A stretch of DNA of 64,000 nt from Cyanobacteria bacterium P01_F01_bin.150 (GTDB taxonomy: Bacteria; Cyanobacteriota; Cyanobacteriia; CAKZMO01): positions 96,001 through 160,000 of the forward strand of contig JBCCYL010000001.1 in NCBI GenBank assembly GCA_039189765.1, given 5' to 3'. The position numbers and the translations under genes are program-made. Below, one piece after another: positions 60,401 to 64,000 of the stretch (position 1 is its first letter; each line of letters opens with the position of its first letter). Below the pieces are notes generated by a model. It saw nothing but the letters and a program-made list of their open reading frames with translations, had not been told where the DNA came from and did no database searches.

Positions 60401-63376
60401 AATCCATTGGTTACGACTGATGGCGTTGCTGGTTTTCCAGTACCAGATAACGACGCAGGTGGTTTCTTTGTAACCCTTGTGGAAGAGCAAGCTTCGCTGA
60501 CTCTCTCAGTCTTTGAAGATGGCCCTGGCGAAGGTGAGGAAAGCCTGACTTTTGACTTAATTGATGGTGAAGCATACGAAGTATTAGAATCGGCATCATC
60601 CGTTGATCTCACCATTACGAACGACACCCCCGAAGGCACAGCAATCGTCGGCGTAACGTTAGACCCCGCAGTGGTTTCTGAAGAGGGTGATGCACCTGCA
60701 TTTACGGCAACCTTTACTGTTACTAATGCTGAGATTCCTCCAGTCGAATTGGATGCCGATGGCAACTATGTCTCTGGCGGACTATCGGTGTTCGTGAATG
60801 GTGGTCTTGATATCATCAATATTTTTGATGATGCGACTGGGCTTCAAATCCTTGATGGCATTGCCCTGGGCTCTTTCTTTGATCCTGAACAGCCCGGCCT
60901 TGTGGAGTTTATTCTGCTAGAGCCTACTTCTACCGCGACCCTCAATATCCTTAATGACGTGATTGAAGAGGGCAATGAGGACTTTACATTCTCCCTCGTC
61001 AATGACGATGCGGGTGTGCTGGGTTCCTCCTACGCCGTTAGTCCAGACGCTGCTAGCATTACCGTCACGATCGCGGATGATAACGGTGGTCCAGGGGTTG
61101 GACCCACTGTTGGCATCACCGTAACTGACACTGAGTTGGTTGAAGGCGAAGAATTTACGCTCAACTTTACCCTTGAGGGGGATGATGTACCATCTGCGGA
61201 TAACCCTTTAACCGTTTTGGTTGATAGCCCAACCTTTGCCGCTTTGGGTGAGTTTTTGTTGTTCGATGAAAATGGGACTCCCCTCTTTAGCACTACTGGT
61301 ATTGATGGTGTTCCCGTTGTGGGTGATACCGGAGCGAGCAGCTTCTTGGTTGACCTAATTGACTCGACTGCCAGCATCACGCTTTCTGTTTTCGATGATG
61401 GCCCAGATGAAGGACTGGAGACGCTCACATTTGATGTGGTGAACGGAGAGGAGTACGAAGTATCTGAAACTAACAGTTCTGTTACCGTTAACATAAACGA
61501 TGCTGAATCAACTCTGCCAGTTGTTTCCTTCGTTACGACAACTCCGGTGGTAACTGAAGATGAGCAACCAGTAGCAGAATTTGTATTCACTATCGACGGT
61601 GACATTCCTGACGATGACCAAGGGTTGGTCGTTACCGTTGGTGGTGACGGGATTGAAAAGCTGTTTGCGCCTCGCTTCCTTGATGGCAGTGTTCCCTTGG
61701 CGTTTGATCCAGCAGATGGCGTCATTCCGATTGGCTTTACGGGAACAGAAGTGATCCTCGGGTTTACCGCATCAGAGGTTACCTCCGCAGCAACCATTTT
61801 CAATGACATTGTCGAAGAAGAATCCGATGTCTTAACCTTCGAGATCTTGCCAGCAGACGGTTACACCATTGGTCAAGGAACGGCTAGCGTTACCGTTGAG
61901 GATGGCCCTAGTGCGACCCCTGGAGAGGGTCCAACCGTAAGCCTGTCTGTAAGCGATTCGGACTTGTTCGAAGGAGATGAATTCACCGTTAACATTACCG
62001 TGGATGAGACGACTGGAGCCATCCCAGAAGGTGGTCTGGAACTCTTTATTGATGGTGGACCCACTGATTTAGGAGAGTTCAACATCTTTGGTGAAAACGG
62101 AATCGACCCTGACACTGATTTAGTTGGGTTAGCTGGATTCCCAGAACAGGGTGATGATCTTGGTGGCTTCTTCGTGACTGTAGTAGAACCCCAAGCCTCT
62201 ATTACCTTATCAGTGTTTGAAGATGGCCCCACCGAAGGTCAAGAGCTGCTTACCTTTGAACTAGCCAATGGTGAACTCTATGAAGTGGCGGCGGATGCCG
62301 GTAGCGTGGACTTGACGATCAATGATGGCGGTGAGGATGCAGTCTTTGCGGCTAAGTCAGGCGTTACTAGCGTATTCCTTGACTTCGCTCTGTTGGAGGA
62401 CGTCGCAGGCCTAACTCTCGTCAGTGCGGATAGTGATGCCGTCCCAGCGACTCGCCCCTCCTTTCTAGATCCGTTCCAAGTTGGATTTGCCATCACTGAT
62501 GACACCGACTTTACCTTTGCCCCTGCGCCGTTTACGCCCCTGGGTGGCACCATTGAGCACTCTGGCACCATTACCCTGGGATTGGGTGGCGCTGAAGCAA
62601 CCATCGGTGAGTTTTCCATTGGCTTTGATCCGGCGCGGGCGTCCGATACCGCCAGCGGTTTCTTTGTCGCTGATACATTGGATGACGCTTTGGGTCTAGA
62701 GGTGCTGTTTGATATCAGCGCCCCTGGAACAGTTATTACCTCTGGTGGCAACCTGGAAATTAGTGCCGCCGATCTGCTGCTTGCGCCAGAATTGGCTGGG
62801 GCATTGGGACTGGATGATTTGGCTGGAGCCGATGTGGGTGATGCCCAAATTGATGCAGTTGTTGCACTTACTGATGCCCCAGCGCCTAGCGCTAGCCTTG
62901 ACTTCGAGGGGGATGCCCTAGAGGTTGGGGATGTGGTGACTGACCAGTTTGATGGCTTGACCATTGCGGTTGAAGGCGAGTTGGAGGCGATGATCTTTGA
63001 TACGGCTAATCCAACCGGAGGCGATTACGACCTTCGCAGTGATGATCTGGGTCAAGTGTTGATTATCTCTGAAGACGGTGACTCTGCTGATCCGGATGAC
63101 AACATCAGAGGCGGGACCTTGATGTTTAATTGGGATGGCGGAGTTAGTCTTGAGAGCATTGGTCTGCTTGATATTGAAGAGTCAGGCGGTGTCGTCACGA
63201 TCTACGGTGAAGATGATATGACCGTGTTGGCCACTGTTGATATTCCTGGATTGGAAAACAATAGTTACCAGAGCCTCAGCATCGGAACTGATGCTGTCGG
63301 CAAGATTGATGTATCGCTAGTGGGCAGTGGTGCCATCACGGAAATTATCCTTGGCGATACCGAAGCTGCATCATAG
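57491..63376 (+). CDS. Giant acidic repeat protein 3 (1961 aa): beta-rich repeats, possible HtaA-like domain, shared C-terminal domain
   Basis: GGAG upstream; first ~340 aa closely parallel giant protein 1; Gly/Asp tract at ~58519-58600; same MIFDTANPTGGDYDL C-terminal domain. Confidence 0.9.
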   Translation: MVQVNLATSTNFSGDANAVIEDQGNELTFEFSLDEAAPAGGLKVYVDSNVPEILNRFNLLALAFDPSRFSNLTTNQESFTDFSNSGFSVTINAGATEASVTIPIFDTDESIPDPFFPETYDGLTTTTFTLKTRDQIDSADETSPRGSTGNDLDSVEGDGVQISDYTIGTASSTVLIADTVSQLPGPVPTDGYDEAVSGDISNDPSSPLSLPLAEGTTSLSATTGNADQEYVTVTVPDGFELESLVLESYSPSDVSFIGVQEGTTFTEPLDNSATLSEFLGYTLFGISAIGTDILDNIGNGSNGANFGGQGFEGPLPSGDYTFAIQQLGGPSDYELSFNIAAVDDGDGGGDGGDGGGDGGDGGGGDGGGNDGPPVVSFEVVPNTFSEESANNLVEWKWTVTGEFPEDGLIVNLDTSGGDEPFAFTGQFAAQPEPEFINADIVDFDFSGRLNIQLSEPEASFKLYFIDDIIEEGTQTFEFRLVDGEGYTVDSALNGSVFTITDDNGGPGFGPTVGLSVSETDLAEGDPLTVTFTTEGDIPDDGVQVLVQSDVFGALGQFELADLNNITTTGIAGLPEVGDGGGSSFLVTITDPIATIDLSVFDDILSEDPLDIAFTLANGEEYEVDPDAAGVTLTISDEVQPAGPTVGLSVDKTTVVEGEALTLTIAVDGEIPPEGLQVLINDVDSVQNQVRSLTEFDIASVQTEGIDGFPIPAEGDSGFFVTVTEPTATITLNAFDEGADEDEAAESFTFAVIDGEAYEVDPDASGVTVNIVDVADASETPVVTLTVTPLASEDDNQTITLTFNVEGEIPTDGLPITIEGDFLTLFDPQLRLLNQNIPLAIEPATGLVPIANRGSEFDIALTAPEVTVSVVLFDDILEEEALELSFAVSEGDGYIVGGDGPATVTIVDGDSVTPGSGPTVSLSVTNTSVAEGDELTVNFDVDGAIPDSGLTVFVDGPPAAIGEFAIFDENNNPLVTTDGVAGFPVPDNDAGGFFVTLVEEQASLTLSVFEDGPGEGEESLTFDLIDGEAYEVLESASSVDLTITNDTPEGTAIVGVTLDPAVVSEEGDAPAFTATFTVTNAEIPPVELDADGNYVSGGLSVFVNGGLDIINIFDDATGLQILDGIALGSFFDPEQPGLVEFILLEPTSTATLNILNDVIEEGNEDFTFSLVNDDAGVLGSSYAVSPDAASITVTIADDNGGPGVGPTVGITVTDTELVEGEEFTLNFTLEGDDVPSADNPLTVLVDSPTFAALGEFLLFDENGTPLFSTTGIDGVPVVGDTGASSFLVDLIDSTASITLSVFDDGPDEGLETLTFDVVNGEEYEVSETNSSVTVNINDAESTLPVVSFVTTTPVVTEDEQPVAEFVFTIDGDIPDDDQGLVVTVGGDGIEKLFAPRFLDGSVPLAFDPADGVIPIGFTGTEVILGFTASEVTSAATIFNDIVEEESDVLTFEILPADGYTIGQGTASVTVEDGPSATPGEGPTVSLSVSDSDLFEGDEFTVNITVDETTGAIPEGGLELFIDGGPTDLGEFNIFGENGIDPDTDLVGLAGFPEQGDDLGGFFVTVVEPQASITLSVFEDGPTEGQELLTFELANGELYEVAADAGSVDLTINDGGEDAVFAAKSGVTSVFLDFALLEDVAGLTLVSADSDAVPATRPSFLDPFQVGFAITDDTDFTFAPAPFTPLGGTIEHSGTITLGLGGAEATIGEFSIGFDPARASDTASGFFVADTLDDALGLEVLFDISAPGTVITSGGNLEISAADLLLAPELAGALGLDDLAGADVGDAQIDAVVALTDAPAPSASLDFEGDALEVGDVVTDQFDGLTIAVEGELEAMIFDTANPTGGDYDLRSDDLGQVLIISEDGDSADPDDNIRGGTLMFNWDGGVSLESIGLLDIEESGGVVTIYGEDDMTVLATVDIPGLENNSYQSLSIGTDAVGKIDVSLVGSGAITEIILGDTEAAS

Positions 63377-63510
63377 GATCCTAGACCTTGTTCAAGCTTT
63401 CTAGGAAGATTAGAATGTCAGGATGAAGAGCATTTTAGGGTCTTCTAGCCCCTTTCCTAATATTCTCTTTACCTCTTGTAAGTTTGACGACTGAGTCAGG
63501 AAGATTTCAA

Positions 63511-63546
63511 CGGGATACTGCGGTCTTTGCTACAGTATCCCGCTTT
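63511..63546 (+). terminator. Hairpin after giant gene 3
   Basis: CGGGATACTG-(12 nt)-CAGTATCCCG followed by CTTT. Confidence 0.55.
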
Positions 63547-63560
63547 AAAGTAAAAACCTT

Positions 63561-63723
63561 ATGAATCAACCATTTGTTAGTTTGAGTGCAAAGCCAGATT
63601 CAGCTTTAGAAGGCGATCGCACCACAGTTACCCTAACGTTTAGCCTAAATATTATTCCTCCAGAGTCGAGTCTAACCCTCTAAGGTAGACAGCCCAGACT
63701 TGGGGGAATTTGACGTTTATTGA
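63561..63723 (+). pseudogene. Frameshifted remnant of a beta-rich repeat domain of the giant-protein family
   Basis: ATG 63561 gives MNQPFVSLSAKPDSALEGDRTTVTLTFSLNIIPPESSLTL*. Skipping one base continues KVDSPDLGEFDV, matching the family pattern VSLS..EG..T.TF.L...P..GLT..VDS...LGEFDV. Confidence 0.6.
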
Positions 63724-63751
63724 TTCTAGTAATTTACAGGACCCTACTTCC

Positions 63752-64000
63752 ATGACCCTACCCGATCGCGTGATTGACGCCCTTGATACGGCCCTTGCGG
63801 AAAACCTGCCCCCAGAAGTCCCTGGTGCTGCCGTCGCTATCCTTACCCCTGAAGGGGAATGGTTTGGTGCTGCTGGGCTATCAGATTTAGAAAACAATGT
63901 TGCTTTAGCACCGGACGATCGCTTCGAGGCAGGCAGCATCACCAAAACCTTTGTCGCCACTACGCTACTGCAGCTCGTTGAAGAAAATCAACTTGAACTA
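63752..64000 (+). CDS. Serine hydrolase (beta-lactamase / D-Ala-D-Ala peptidase family), 5' part
   Basis: MTLPDRVIDALDTALAENLPPEVPGAAVAIL...AAG....DDRFEAGSITKTFVATTLLQLVEE: F.xGSxxK catalytic motif; open to the window end. Confidence 0.85.
   Translation, partial: MTLPDRVIDALDTALAENLPPEVPGAAVAILTPEGEWFGAAGLSDLENNVALAPDDRFEAGSITKTFVATTLLQLVEENQLEL

Noticed and set aside
63652..63960. 102-aa minus-strand ORF
   Set aside because: Antisense shadow of the plus-strand serine hydrolase.

Overview
Cyanobacterial DNA (abundant HIP1 octamer GCGATCGC, heptamer STRR-type repeats) carrying what looks like one iron-acquisition island. Left part (1-23915, minus strand): the start of a lipid-primed type I PKS assembly line, FAAL-ACAD-ACP, then two AT-less KS-DH-cMT-ER-KR-ACP proteins, then a hybrid-type KS-AT-KR protein running off the left edge. 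Divergent from it are a TonB-dependent receptor, an MFS transporter, two small RTX proteins, a DUF3102-like HTH protein fused to a degenerate DNA-methyltransferase fold, a glyoxalase-like protein and two SbmA/YddA-like ABC half-transporters. Right part (37.7-63.4 kb): three giant, very acidic repeat proteins without signal peptides (about 3536, 2155 and 1961 aa) around a PiuC/YbiX-type Fe(II)/2OG dioxygenase. The giants share a ~140-aa beta-rich repeat with the RTX proteins, share a ~155-aa non-RTX C-terminal domain with each other, and carry different cargo domains (PPC-like, spondin_N-like, histidine-phosphatase-like, possibly HtaA-like). Fur-box-like sites precede most units, and a separate GTGCAAAnTTTGCAC palindrome precedes three repeat-protein genes. 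The PKS and ABC genes contain many in-frame small repeat elements (REP-like, nested 24-nt elements, 33-bp palindromes, a composite heptamer cassette). All domain calls are by eye from motifs; no searches were run.
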